DNA of 64,000 nt from Octopus vulgaris (Eukaryota), in assembly GCA_951406725.2 (NCBI GenBank), contig OX597822.1:744001-808000 (forward strand), read 5' to 3'. The translations under genes were made by a program, and so were the position numbers. Positions 40,886 to 53,220 of the stretch are shown here, in pieces (the stretch's first letter is position 1; each line of letters opens with the position of its first letter). The notes under the pieces are model-generated. The model saw nothing but the letters and a program-made list of their open reading frames with translations. It searched no databases and had not been told where the DNA came from.

Positions 40886-41272
40886 TGGCGCAGGAGTGGC
40901 TGTGTGGTAAGTAGTTTGCTTCCCAATCACATGGTTCCGGGTTCAGTCCCACTGTATGGCGCCTTCGGCGAGTGTCTTCTACTATATCCTCGGGCCGACC
41001 AAAGCCTTGTGAATGGATTTGGTAGACGGAAACTTAAAGAAGCCCGTCGTATATATGTATATATACATGCTTGTGTGTCTGTGTTTGTTACCCTAACATT
41101 GCTTGACAACCGATGCTGGTGTGTTTATGTACCCATAACTTAGCGGTTCGGCGAATAAGCACCGATAGAATAAGCACTAGGCTTACAAAGAATAAGTCCT
41201 GGGGTAGATTTGCTCGACTAAAGGCGATGCTCCAGCATGACTGCAGTGAAACGACTAAGACAAATAAAAGAA
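40886..41272 (+). mobile_element. SINE family A, full length
   Basis: Matches 9204-9603. Confidence 0.9.
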
Positions 41273-41530
41273 TATGTAGCCAGCGCTGTTGTATTTTTTG
41301 TTCCTGGGGGTTTGAGAATGATCTGATGTGTCCTCTATATCCCGTTTTAAACTCCGTAGTACTCCATATGTATACTTTCTTAGGCTGATTGGCAGTTACA
41401 ACCTCAGTCTTGTATAGCACGTTTTTCCTTAAGCAGGCACCACCTAATAGATATAAATTGCGGTTCCGAAAATTGCAGGCTTTATTCTAGTTATATATAT
41501 ATATACATGCACATAAACACACAGACATAC

Positions 41531-41601
<71 letters not shown>

Positions 41602-41674
41602 TTGTGTGTGTGTGTATATATGTGTGTGTGTGTGTGTATATGCGTATATATATATATTTATGTATATTTAGTAT

Positions 41675-41712
<38 letters not shown>

Positions 41713-41871
41713 GTGTATTCTCTATGTGCATGTGTATGTATGTGAGTGTGTGTGCGCGTGTGTGTATGTTTTGTGTATGTGTGTACATGCATACATACAT
41801 ACATACATACATACATACATACATACATACATACGTACATACATAGAAACATACAAAAATATTATATGTAA

Positions 41872-41905
<34 letters not shown>

Positions 41906-42899
41906 GGATTGGGATCTCAGGCAGAATCAGGGAATCCACCCTTGTCCTTTTGATTGTTCGATCATCAGAACTTCCAATGATTCTCATTGAATCAGAGTAT
42001 AAGTGGCTGAGTATTCCACACACATATGTATCCCTCAATATATTTCTCAGAGTAGTTTGCGTAACACAGTAAAATAACGCTAGACCTCCGAACTGCGGGT
42101 ACTTCCCATCCAACAAGGTTTCCTGAATTTTCCATCTACCCAGTTAGATTCTACAGGTACTAATAATGACATTTGTGCGTGTTTAGCATCGATATTTATA
42201 TATTGACATATTTAAAAGATTATGTAACATGTATGTATATAGGTAATTCTCAGATAGATGCAACACACATATAAAAAAACATAAAACCCAATTACATATA
42301 CATGATTAAGGATATGGTATCATTTCAGAACCATACGGGAAAATACAAAGGATAATTTCAGAGATGTTTTCCTTCCACTAATATCAGTTTTTCTCTTTAA
42401 ACGTAGTTCTAGATTTCACCTATGTTTTCTGTAATTGATGACTTGTGTAAATATATGATCAATTCTTGTTTTCCTGTTTACTTCTAAAGCCACCGAAGAC
42501 GCGTTTCTTGTAATATTTTACTTCAACTTAGTTCATATTTGCATATGTTTATATTTTTATCTTTCGTCCTCATCTTCGTTTTGGGGTGAAAGAGACAGTT
42601 CACTGCAGTAAACATGAATGATTATAAGATACTCACTAAGATACAAAACAAAACAAATAAAAATCTGCCATAAACACAAAGATGAAATACAATAAAAGCT
42701 AAAATGGATAAAGCAGACGATAGCGATACATATAACGTATCGATAGTGTATCCAGAAAATGTTAAGTCCGCAGTAAATAGAATAACAGTGAAAGAGAAAA
42801 AAAAAAGAGAGAACGAAACAGCACAGAAAAAGAAAATAAGAAATTCAACAAACAAAAAAGACCCCGAAACGACGACACTATCAGCAACAGTAATATCAA

Positions 42900-42949
42900 C
42901 AACAGCAACAAAAAAAAAATACTGGAAAACTACAACAACGACGACGACG

Positions 42950-43019
<70 letters not shown>

Positions 43020-43095
43020 CAACAACAACAATAATAATAATAACAACAACAACAACAACAACAACAACAATAATAATAATAATAATAATAATATC
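42900..43095. repeat. (TAA)n/(CAA)n microsatellite
   Basis: Directly visible. Confidence 0.9.
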
Positions 43096-43299
43096 AGTGG
43101 AATAAATAAACAGTGTAAATATAAACAAATGAAAATGATAGTAAAATAAACGCCATTTGTTTTTACAATACCTTCGAGGTAAATTGCAATTGCCAATAAC
43201 ATTTTTGTCTTGACATTTGGGACAAGGAATACGTTGGAATGTGATAAATCAAAAGCTGGTTTGGCTCCCTTGATAGGAAAGTGAGACCAGGTTAATATA

Positions 43300-43342
<43 letters not shown>

Positions 43343-43829
43343 AAAAGAAAATCACAAAAGAATGTACAACACAAAGAAAAAATTATAGATAAAAAATACA
43401 ATTGCAATAACTAAAACACGATACCACAAGTCAGATACGTTGCTTTCATGAGAAGGAAAAGCAGCTTGTTTAGATAATGTCTAAGAATACAAAGATCTAA
43501 TGTCCTGCGATTTAAACACATGCATTGCAAAGTCATTTCATTGTATTTTATGTTAAATTAACCCTCCTTCTGGTTTCCTATCAGTTTTGCTGTCTGTTTT
43601 ACATTCAGTAAACTAGCTTCTTCTCGTTTTTTACCCCATTGGATTTTATAAATCAAATGATATTATTTCGTCCTTACACTACGTCCCTACCTCACACATC
43701 ACTCTAAATGTCGGACAATGTTTTTAGCTGACTCAGCCATTCTCTTTCCAATGTTTCCTCTTCAGGTTGTTAAGTTCTCATTTTTGATAAATTCAGCTTT
43801 TGGTTTTACATATATATATATATATATAC

Positions 43830-44025
43830 TCCTTTATACTATTTTACTTGTTTCAGTCATTTGACTGCGGCCATGTTGGAGCACCACCTTTAGTCGAACA
43901 AGTCAACCTTAAGGCTTATTCTTTGTAAGCCTCTTAGCCTAGTACTTATTCAATCGCTATGTTACGGGAAAGTAAACACCAATATTGGTTGCCATGCTAT
44001 AGTAGGAGAACAAATACAGATACAA
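43830..44025 (-). mobile_element. SINE family A, 3' half
   Basis: ACTTGTTTCAGTCATTTGACTGCGGCCATG... Confidence 0.8.
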
Positions 44026-44046
44026 AATTATATATATATATATACA

Positions 44047-44119
<73 letters not shown>

Positions 44120-44400
44120 CTTATATATATATATACAAACATATATAATTATTATTTGAGGGAATATAAATCCAAACTTACAGGGAAGAAAATTCAATTC
44201 AGAAATACAATATCAAATTTCACACGATATATATTTATATATATATATAAAAAAACACCTTTTATCAATTCAAAATGAACAATTAAATTACACCATATAC
44301 AAAATTACATATAATAGAAAAATTGAAATTAAAAAAACAATAAAATATCCCTGATTAAGTAAACTGTAAAAAATAATAAAAACCTATTTAATTGGTAGAA

Positions 44401-44489
44401 TAACGACACGTGTTTCGTGGTTATATTTAAGAAATGATTATAGTAGTAGTAAAATCACTTCGATATAAATATACCCACTCATCAGGTTA
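44401..44489 (-). ncRNA. Canonical type I hammerhead ribozyme
   Basis: UAAC-CUGAUGA-GUGG(G)UAUAUUUA...UAAAUAUA(A)CCAC-GAAA-CACGU-GUC^GUUA. All core nucleotides are intact and stem III is the palindrome ACACGUGU. Lies in an AT-rich non-coding element at ~44150-44530. Confidence 0.85.
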
Positions 44490-44537
44490 AAAATAAACTA
44501 GAATAATAAAATAATTAATTAATAAATACACTTTAAT

Positions 44538-44892
44538 GCGAAATGCTTAGCGGTATTTCGTCTGCCGCTGCGTCCTGAGTTCAAATTCCGCCGAAGTCGA
44601 CTTTGCTTTTCATCCTTTGGGGGTCGATTAAATAAGTACCAGTTACGCACTGGGGTCGATACAATCGACTTAATCCGTTTGTCTGTCCTCTCTGTGTTTA
44701 GCTCCTTGTGGGTAGTAAAGAAATAGGTATTTCGTCTGTCTTTATATTCTGAGTTCAAATTCTGCCGACGTTGATTTTGCCTTTCATCCTTTGGGGATCG
44801 ATAAATTAAGTACCACTTGCGTACTGGGTTCTATCTCATCGACTAGCCCCCTCCCCCAAAATTTCGGGCCTTGTGCCTAGATTAGAAAAGAA
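44538..44892 (+). mobile_element. Dimeric SINE family B
   Basis: Two CTGAGTTCAAATT..GCTTTCATCCTTTGGGG..AAGTACC modules joined by GTAAAGAAATAGGTATTTCGTCTG. Confidence 0.85.
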
Positions 44893-45838
44893 TATATGTA
44901 ACTCTTACTTAAGTAAGTTGAGCGTCACATTCTTACGGACAAGTGTATATATATATATATACACACAATGGCTGTATATATGGTTATACCCCAGAGAGTG
45001 AGCTAACAAAGTATGGAGTAAACTATATTTACGTATTACCATTTATTATACAGAATTATATCTCAAAACATTACATGCGGTCAGGTAGACAAAGTCCCAC
45101 ATATTTGAAAGCGCTCACGCGCACACACACCTGGACACGCACGCATACACACACACACACACACATGGATTCTTACACTCACACTCAAATTTCGAAATTT
45201 ATTGCCCATTACGTAACCATCGCATATTCCAGAAAAAATGTAATTCAATCATTTGCAAAGAGTAAAGAGCGAATCAAGAGATTCGTAAGCGCAATGAACG
45301 CAACTCTCGTCCTGGAGTTACTTATGTATGTATGTATGTATGTATGTATGTATGTATGTATGTATGTATGTATGTATGTATGTATGTATGTATGTGTGTG
45401 TGTATGTATGTATGCATGTATGTATGTATGTATGTATGTATGTATGCATGTATGTATGCATGTATGTATGTATGTATGTATGTATGTATGTATGTATGTA
45501 TGTATGTATGTATGTATGTATGTATGTATGTATGTATGTCTGCTTGCATGTATGTCAGTAATCAGTTTATTTTAAGATTCCTTAACCATAGAGTCGGTTT
45601 CTAGCTTAGATCCAACGGTCCATCATTAGAATTTAAAAAAAATCAACATGTATGTATGTGTGTATGTAAAATAACTTTGGCGTTGACTAGGAATTCAAGT
45701 CAAGATTTGCTTTTAGAATTGTTCAATCTGGTTTGCCATCAAGCGAAACTAAAAGACGCACTCAATACAAAATTTATGATATTTTTGACCTTAGTGACAG
45801 GTTTCGTTGTTATTCTTCAACTAGTTTTTAAATATGTG

Positions 45839-45910
<72 letters not shown>

Positions 45911-45912
<2 letters not shown>

Positions 45913-46171
45913 TGGTAAAAACGGTAAGATAACAAAAGAAAGAGACCTCAATATTATGTAAATAGAAGAAATTTATATGTAAAATAACATGTGACAATTA
46001 TTTGGTAGCCAAGATAAAACTCTGAGTTTCGGATGTCGATGTGGAAATCCACAACACCATCTCTTCGGTTATGTCTGGCCAGATAACCGAAGAGATGGTG
46101 TTGTGGATCTCCACATCGGCATCCGAAACTCAGAGTTTTAAATTGGCTACCAAATAATTGTCACATATTAT

Positions 46172-46174
<3 letters not shown>
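45911..46174. mobile_element. Fold-back element with HHR-like motifs on both strands
   Basis: 45981-46174 is a near-perfect palindrome centred on TCTGG|CCAGA. Each arm carries AUAA-CCGAAGA-GAUG..CAUCC-GAAA-CUCAGA-GUU. Confidence 0.8.
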
Positions 46175-46235
<61 letters not shown>

Positions 46236-46245
46236 TTAAATATAA

Positions 46246-46276
<31 letters not shown>

Positions 46277-46374
46277 TTATATATATATATATATAGATAT
46301 ATATATACATATATACATATATATATGTATATATATACATATATACATATATATATGTATATAAATATATATAC

Positions 46375-46432
<58 letters not shown>

Positions 46433-46444
46433 CCATATATCACA

Positions 46445-47847
46445 TCTGCTATATATGTGGGAGAATTTGTCTGTGGGTGTGTTTGTTTGCGGAGTTGTTA
46501 GCTAATTCTTCCTCAATCGTTTTATCGATTTTGATGAAACTCGACACTTGAGTAGAACTCACGTTTGAAAACCTCATGGCATACTCAGATTCTTGAATAA
46601 AAATCGATAATAGAGCCCCTGGGAGGGATCTTTATATATAACTTATATATTTTATTTTAACAGCCAAGTGAAAGAACACATTCATTCTCCTATATCATTT
46701 GGTATAAATCAAATTGAGTATGCTTATTTCTTAGTATTTGAACTGTTAGAATTATTTTTGCAATTTATCCATTACAACCCTTAAACAAGTAAATAATATT
46801 TTCCTAAACAACAGATCCACTTATTTCGGTTAGTGACTTATTTACGAATACACCATGAACGACGATGCCTTTCACGTCACTTCAGCCAATTGACAAGCAC
46901 TGCATGAAGAGCTATCCTGCATTTAGACAAATGCACTGTCAACACAAAGATCACACCCTGTTTACATGCAGGAACACCTTATTAATATCTGTCTGTATAT
47001 CTTGAAATGCCAGCGTGTATATTTCACAGAAGACAATGCTCGAAACGTAGTTCTGAATCCATGAGAAACCATTTTGACAGCTTTCTTCAAATTATGCCAA
47101 TGTGATCTGTTTGCCCGATCACTGTTGTATGTCGAGGTCGCCGTGTACTATACTTGGGCACACAATAGATGGAACAGCTGCAAGCAAGGAACACGCATTG
47201 AGGGCTGGGAACACGCATTGAGTGCTTCTTTCTGCATCTACTGCTACACACTGTCAGAGATCCTACATCATTCACAGACTTTCGAAGACACAATGGGAAG
47301 TCTGCACGACCTGTAGAGAAGCCTGCACCAAACTACTGGAGGACGATGCTCACTGGGACCAGACACTGGAGGGGTCAACAGTCAGCACAGTACTAAGTCA
47401 ACTGCACCAGCTATTTTCTATCATGTTGATGACATGTGGCTTGCGTAAACCTCACAAACTTTGGTCGATTCACAAAACAAGCATGGTAGGGGACATTTAG
47501 AAAGGATTCAAAGGCAAACCTCTGCGGAAATTCCCACGTTGAATTACACCATTTACAATGTGGCATTATTTGACCAGAACACCCGAGTGAAAGCTATGGG
47601 AGGTCAAGGCAATTCCACATTTGGTTATTACATTAACTGACTTTACAATTTGGGTATTCCTAACTTATTGGAAATTCCTAAAATCAAGGTCCTGTGTAAG
47701 ACAGTTCAGTATTTTCTGTAAATGCACAAAAACCGTTTTAAGGGCTACATAGTTTGTATTGTTGTTATTGGATTAGCGAAACAATTATGAGAACGGAACC
47801 AAGGGATAAGCGCCGCTTTCCCGGGAATTACCGGGTACATCAGCTTG

Positions 47848-47848
<1 letters not shown>
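46445..47848 (+). mobile_element. Helitron, internally deleted, with Rep/Hel coding remnant
   Basis: Remnants QRVYFTEDNA, LTAFFKLCQCDLFARSLLYVEVAVYYTW, LLLHTVRDPTSF, TCREAC..LLEDDAHWDQTL and QLHQLFSIML..P..LW match Helitron Rep-helicase linker motifs. 5' A|TC; 3' hairpin CCCGGGAATTACCGGG then GCTTG|T. Confidence 0.88.
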
Positions 47849-47879
<31 letters not shown>

Positions 47880-47953
47880 CCACATAGCCTTGTAGGTGAC
47901 CAAACTATCGGATGTTGTTATACATCGTTGTACACTATACCCTTTGCATCGTG

Positions 47954-48007
<54 letters not shown>

Positions 48008-48026
48008 GTATATATATATATATGTT

Positions 48027-48057
<31 letters not shown>

Positions 48058-48069
48058 GTTTATATATAT

Positions 48070-48150
<81 letters not shown>

Positions 48151-48161
<11 letters not shown>

Positions 48162-48668
48162 GAAAGAATGGAGTTGAACGACGATTTAACAAAATTCCTT
48201 TATTCTCGACGTATGTTTCGAAGACTGCATATTCCTAATTCTGAAGGAATAAACGGTGCATTATGCCGCCTTCTAATCAGGAAAGACAAGGAACTTTTAG
48301 ATGACTGCCCACACGGAGTCCACTGGACTCCGTGTGGGCAGTCATCTAAAAGTTTTTGTTCTTCATGATGCTGACATAAGTTCCTTGTCTTTCCTGATGA
48401 GAAGGCGGCATAATGCACCCTTTATTCCTTCAGAATTAGGAATATGCAGTCTTCGAAACATACGTCGAGAATAAAGGAATTTTGTTAAATCGTCGTTCAA
48501 CTCCATTCTTTCATTTATTTATAGTAAAAAAAATACACAAATTTCCACACAAAAGCACGTGATCTCTGCCCTTGGCATGTAGCTTCAACCGTGTTTTCTG
48601 ACGTGAATTTGCTACCCGGGTATCGGTTAACCGAATTATCCATACTAGGATACTTCATTCAACTACTT
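48151..48668. mobile_element. Young fold-back element with a sense/antisense HHR pair
   Basis: 146-bp arms (48151-48296 / 48378-48523) with 2 mismatches, plus a perfect 31-bp inner hairpin (48292-48354). A unique tail extends to 48668. Flanked by TA-rich tracts. Confidence 0.9.
48381..48479 (+). ncRNA. Type I hammerhead ribozyme (intact core)
   Basis: UUCCUU-GUC-UUUC-CUGAUGA-GAAGGC(G)GCAUA...UAUGC(A)GUCUUC-GAAA-CAUAC-GUC^GAGA-AUA-AAGGAA. Stem I is 4+6 bp with an internal loop, stem II is long, and predicted cleavage is after 48466. Confidence 0.85.
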
Positions 48669-48731
48669 ATATATATACATACATACATGTATATAATATA
48701 TATAAAGACAAAATAGAGTGAAATAACTCTA

Positions 48732-49000
48732 TTGTGTTATATGGTTAAAGAATAGATTTGAATCGTTATGTTAGGTAAATATAAAATTTTGTGTAAAGTA
48801 ACATTGTCTTTGGGAGACGTTACCGATATTGTGTCATCTCTTCGCTATGAAGTGAAGTTCCCATGTCTGGAACTCTCATACCTCACTTCAAGAGATGATA
48901 CAATATCGGTAACGTCTCCAAAAACAATGTTACTTTAACACAAAATTTTATATTTTCCTAACATAACGATTCAAATATATTCTTTAACCATACAACACAA
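48732..49000. repeat. Fold-back element with ~110-bp arms
   Basis: 48732-48842 pairs with 48890-49000 with scattered mismatches. Arms contain AAGAGATGA(C/T)ACAATATCGGTAACGTC, a possible eroded HHR. Confidence 0.85.
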
Positions 49001-49104
49001 GTCTTCTGTAGTTTTTTATGAAACGATACCACTCGACACTGCCAAGTATATATGTATATACATAGACAGATAGATAGACACATACATATACATATACATA
49101 CATT

Positions 49105-49306
49105 TAATCCAAACATGAACACAAAGAAAACACAACAGCGCGAGGACGTGGAACAAGTAATAGTGTTATTGGACGCTCAGGAAAGGAAAGAAAGAAGAGG
49201 GATTTAATGATTCGAGTGGAGCCCTTCGTCAGAAATATAGAAAAACGGAAAGGTCCAAGGAAGGGAAGACGGAGAAAGAAAATCGCCGATACACACGCGG
49301 TCACAG
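49105..49306 (-). mobile_element. Penelope-like non-coding terminal repeat with decayed HHR
   Basis: Minus strand AUUU-CUGACGA-AGGGCUCCACUC-GAAU-C-AUU-AAAU at ~49200-49236. A partial second copy lies at 5310-5398. Confidence 0.6.
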
Positions 49307-49319
49307 ACACATATATATC

Positions 49320-49415
<96 letters not shown>

Positions 49416-50855
49416 ATATTTTCGAACAGGGAGTCCAGTTCTCCCATCTACCGCAAAACAACATCTGTGGACTGGTTTCTGGGTTATTATATATAGTTTT
49501 CAAAGTGACACACAGTCACTGATCTAATAAAATAGAAATATTATTATTTCAAAGTCTCTCAAAAAGAGATATTCAGTAAGAGTTCTTTAAAGTACACACC
49601 CACTCTGTGTTGAAAATACAAGGACACAGATATTGTGTCGTACAGCCAACTGGAAACGATGTTGCCTGGGGCTAAGCAATAGTAACATCGTCTCTTTCAG
49701 AAAGGCCAAAATATGTTGGTAAATAGCCTTAAAAGTTGTTGTAATTCATGATATCTTGCAAGTAATTTATCTGTATTGTATGTTAAATGTTAAACTTGAT
49801 TGAATATGTTTTTTTCGTTCTTGCACTTTACTAATCAAACCAAATATCCCATTTTCTTGTATTATTGCCTGCTCCCGCCTTATCCATGAATCCGCGGCCC
49901 GGATAGAACGCGGTTAGTCATCTTGGACCACATCACCAGCGTTATATATATAGAGAGAGCACTGTACACACACACACACACATTTATATGTATATATGTA
50001 AGTCACCCTGTGTGCACGTATATATTTGTGTATGTATGTATGTGTGTGTGTGTATGTATGTATGTATATATATATGCGTGTGTGCGTGCGCGCATGTACG
50101 GATATAGGCACGCATATATATTGTAATAAATTTAGAATGACATAAAGAATATAAGCAGATAATACTCCAACTACAAAAAAGGCCAAAAATATGATTAATT
50201 CAGATTAACAGAATACATAATAAAGACTAAAAATTGTGAAAAAATGTTGATATATCAGCGGAGTGGAAGCTGACGGAAGAAGAAGGAACCGAGAAGGAAG
50301 AAGGGGGAGATTACTGAGGCAAAAAAAAAATGTTATATGTCGCTGCTTGTTGCAAAGAGAGCGAGCTAATCCAGCGTGTGACCACAACTGACAATAGAAG
50401 CAACAACTACAGCAACAACAAAAACCAGAGCAATTAGAGCAAAAGTGACACTAGGCTGTCGTAGCCAGGGTGACAAAAACGTATTCATTAATCCATCTAT
50501 CGGTCCTTCTTTCTATCCATCCATCCATCCAACCGGCCAACACGCCACCCATTCCTCAAGCCAGCTCAGCGAAGCAGTCAACATCTACACCATTTCTGTC
50601 GTTAGTAGCCAGGTAATTAACTGTAGTGATTGCATTTTTCGATAGAACAGACACGTTCGGACAATGTCTAATTAGTATGCATGCAAGTGATATTGGTTTG
50701 ATCGGTTTTATTGATCAGTTGCTGTACCTCCAGAAGTCGATAGCATCTTCAATTATAAGCTATCAGCGTGATCTGGTCAACTCACGCCTTATCACCTCAA
50801 CATATAAAGAAGTACGAGAAGGAGAGAGAAAAAAGGAACAAACAAAAACATTGAA

Positions 50856-50857
50856 AG

Positions 50858-50923
<66 letters not shown>

Positions 50924-51519
50924 CAATGATGACAAAGATGATGATAATGCCGATGTTGATAATGATGACGACTATGTTGATGATGATGACAATGATGATG
51001 ATGATGAAGATGATTATGATGATGATGATGATGATGATGATTATGATGATGATCATCATGATGATCATGATGATGATCAGGATGAGGCTGCTGCTGTTGT
51101 TGTTGTTTATAATGATGATGATGATGATGATGATGGTGATGATGCTAATGATAATTACAGTAAAGAATAGAAAGCTGCAACATAGTCACATCCGAATGGA
51201 AAACAGAAATTATTGAAAAAAAAAAGAAAAAGAAATAAAGAATATAAATAAGAATAAAATAAAAAGAAAAGAGAGTGTGGTAAAAAAGAGGTAAAAGAGT
51301 GAAGAAAGGGCCATCACGAGTAAAAAGGGTTGATGGAAAGTAGAGTGGGAGATGACTAAGAAAAGGAGGGGAAGAGGAAAACAGGGAGCGGGGAATGGAA
51401 TGAAAATAATGATGAAGATGGGGAAGATTCTGAAGAAGAAGAAGAAGAAGAAGAGGAAGGAGGAGGAGGAAGGGAAGAAGAAGAAAAGGAAGAAGAAGAA
51501 GAAGAAGAAGAAGAAGAAG

Positions 51520-51550
<31 letters not shown>

Positions 51551-51831
51551 GAAGTAGAAAGAAAAGACGATGCGGACGATAATGAAAATGAAGATGAAGA
51601 TGAAGATTGAAGATGTAGATGAAAATGATAATGATGATAATGATTAAATAAATTATCAGAAAAAAATACCTTACTGCAAAAGAAAATAATAATAATATTA
51701 ATAATAATAATAATAATAATAATAATGATGATGATGATGATGATGATGATAATGATGATAATAGTAATAATAATAATGATAATAATAATAATAATGATAA
51801 TGATAATAATAATGATAATAATAATAATAAT

Positions 51832-51867
<36 letters not shown>

Positions 51868-51940
51868 TATAATAATAATAATAATAATGATGATGATGAT
51901 GATGATGATAATGATGATAATAATAATAATAATAATGATG

Positions 51941-51986
<46 letters not shown>

Positions 51987-52048
51987 TAATAATGATAATA
52001 ATAATAATAATAATAATGATGATAATAATAATAATAATATTAATAATA

Positions 52049-52081
<33 letters not shown>

Positions 52082-52082
52082 G
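50856..52082. repeat. Compound trinucleotide block (GAT/GAA/TAA)
   Basis: Directly visible. Source of the 427-aa poly-I pseudo-ORF. Confidence 0.9.
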
Positions 52083-52521
52083 CATGAAGGTCGTTTGCAG
52101 AAGAATTGACATTTCTGTGCGTTTGTATGTGTGTGTGTTGGTTGTTTTGTGTGCATATGTCTGGGTTTTCTTGAGTGCGAGTGTGTAAGCACGTGATTGT
52201 GTGAGTGAGTGAGTGCATGTGCGATTGTGTGTGAATGTGTGTGTTAGTGTACGCGTGTGTGTGTGCGTGCGTGCGTGCGTGCGTGCGTGTGTGTATACCG
52301 AGGTAACAAGAAATACATATAAAAATATATGAAACACAAAAATATGAAAAACAAAAAACTGGGAGTACAGGAAATGGAAAAGAAAAAGAAAAAATCTTTG
52401 AGATAATAGAATAACACGATAAAAACACTACTACTACTACTACTACTGCTGCTGCTGCTACTACTACTACTACTGCTGCAGTTGCTATTGCTGTTGCTGT
52501 TACTCCTGCTGCTACTACTAT

Positions 52522-52557
<36 letters not shown>

Positions 52558-52578
52558 AACTGCTGCTGCTGCTGCTGA

Positions 52579-52888
52579 GACCCCCTTCGGTCATGACAGA
52601 CCATGGGATTGCACCTAGAAAGTTACCCTCCTAGGCACAAGTACGGGCAAGGTTGCTTATGGCGTCACCCATGCATACCGGCCTTTTCTCTCCGCGTCAC
52701 CGATTTTATGCAAGGGAAAAGCAAAGGGGCCGATACAGCTTGGCACCGGTGACGTCACATCTATTCTCTACAGCTGAGTGAACTGGAGCAACGTGAAATA
52801 AAGTGTCTTGCTGAAGAGCACAACACGCAGCCCGATCCGGGATCCGAACTCACAACCTCGATGCTCTAACCACTGAGTCATGCGCCTT

Positions 52889-52890
<2 letters not shown>
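52579..52890 (-). mobile_element. SINE with family C head and a different 3' tail
   Basis: Minus-strand head GAAGGCGCATGACTCAGTGG...GAGTTCGGATCC and core TTTCACGTTGCTCCAGTTCACTCAGCTG. Inserted in a CTA/CTG microsatellite. Confidence 0.8.
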
Positions 52891-52935
<45 letters not shown>

Positions 52936-52949
52936 ATAATAATAATAAT

Positions 52950-53176
52950 AATAGTCCTTTCTACTATAGGCACAAGACCTGAAATTTTGGAGGGAAGGAC
53001 TGACTAGTCGATTATATCGATCGGAGTGTTTCGGTGGTACTTAATTCATCGACCCCGATAGAAATGAACGGTAAAGTCACCCTCGGCGAAATTTGAGCTC
53101 AGAAAGTAGCGACGGGCGAAATACCACTAAGTATTTCGTCCAGCGCGCTAACGATTCTGCCAGCTCGCCACCTTCA

Positions 53177-53220
<44 letters not shown>

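Noticed and set aside
42495-42580. GAAACGCGTC on the minus strand (HHR stem III-like)
   Set aside because: No convincing CUGANGA box or stem II partner.
51145-52428. 427-aa ORF, the longest in the window
   Set aside because: Poly-I/L/S translation of trinucleotide repeats.
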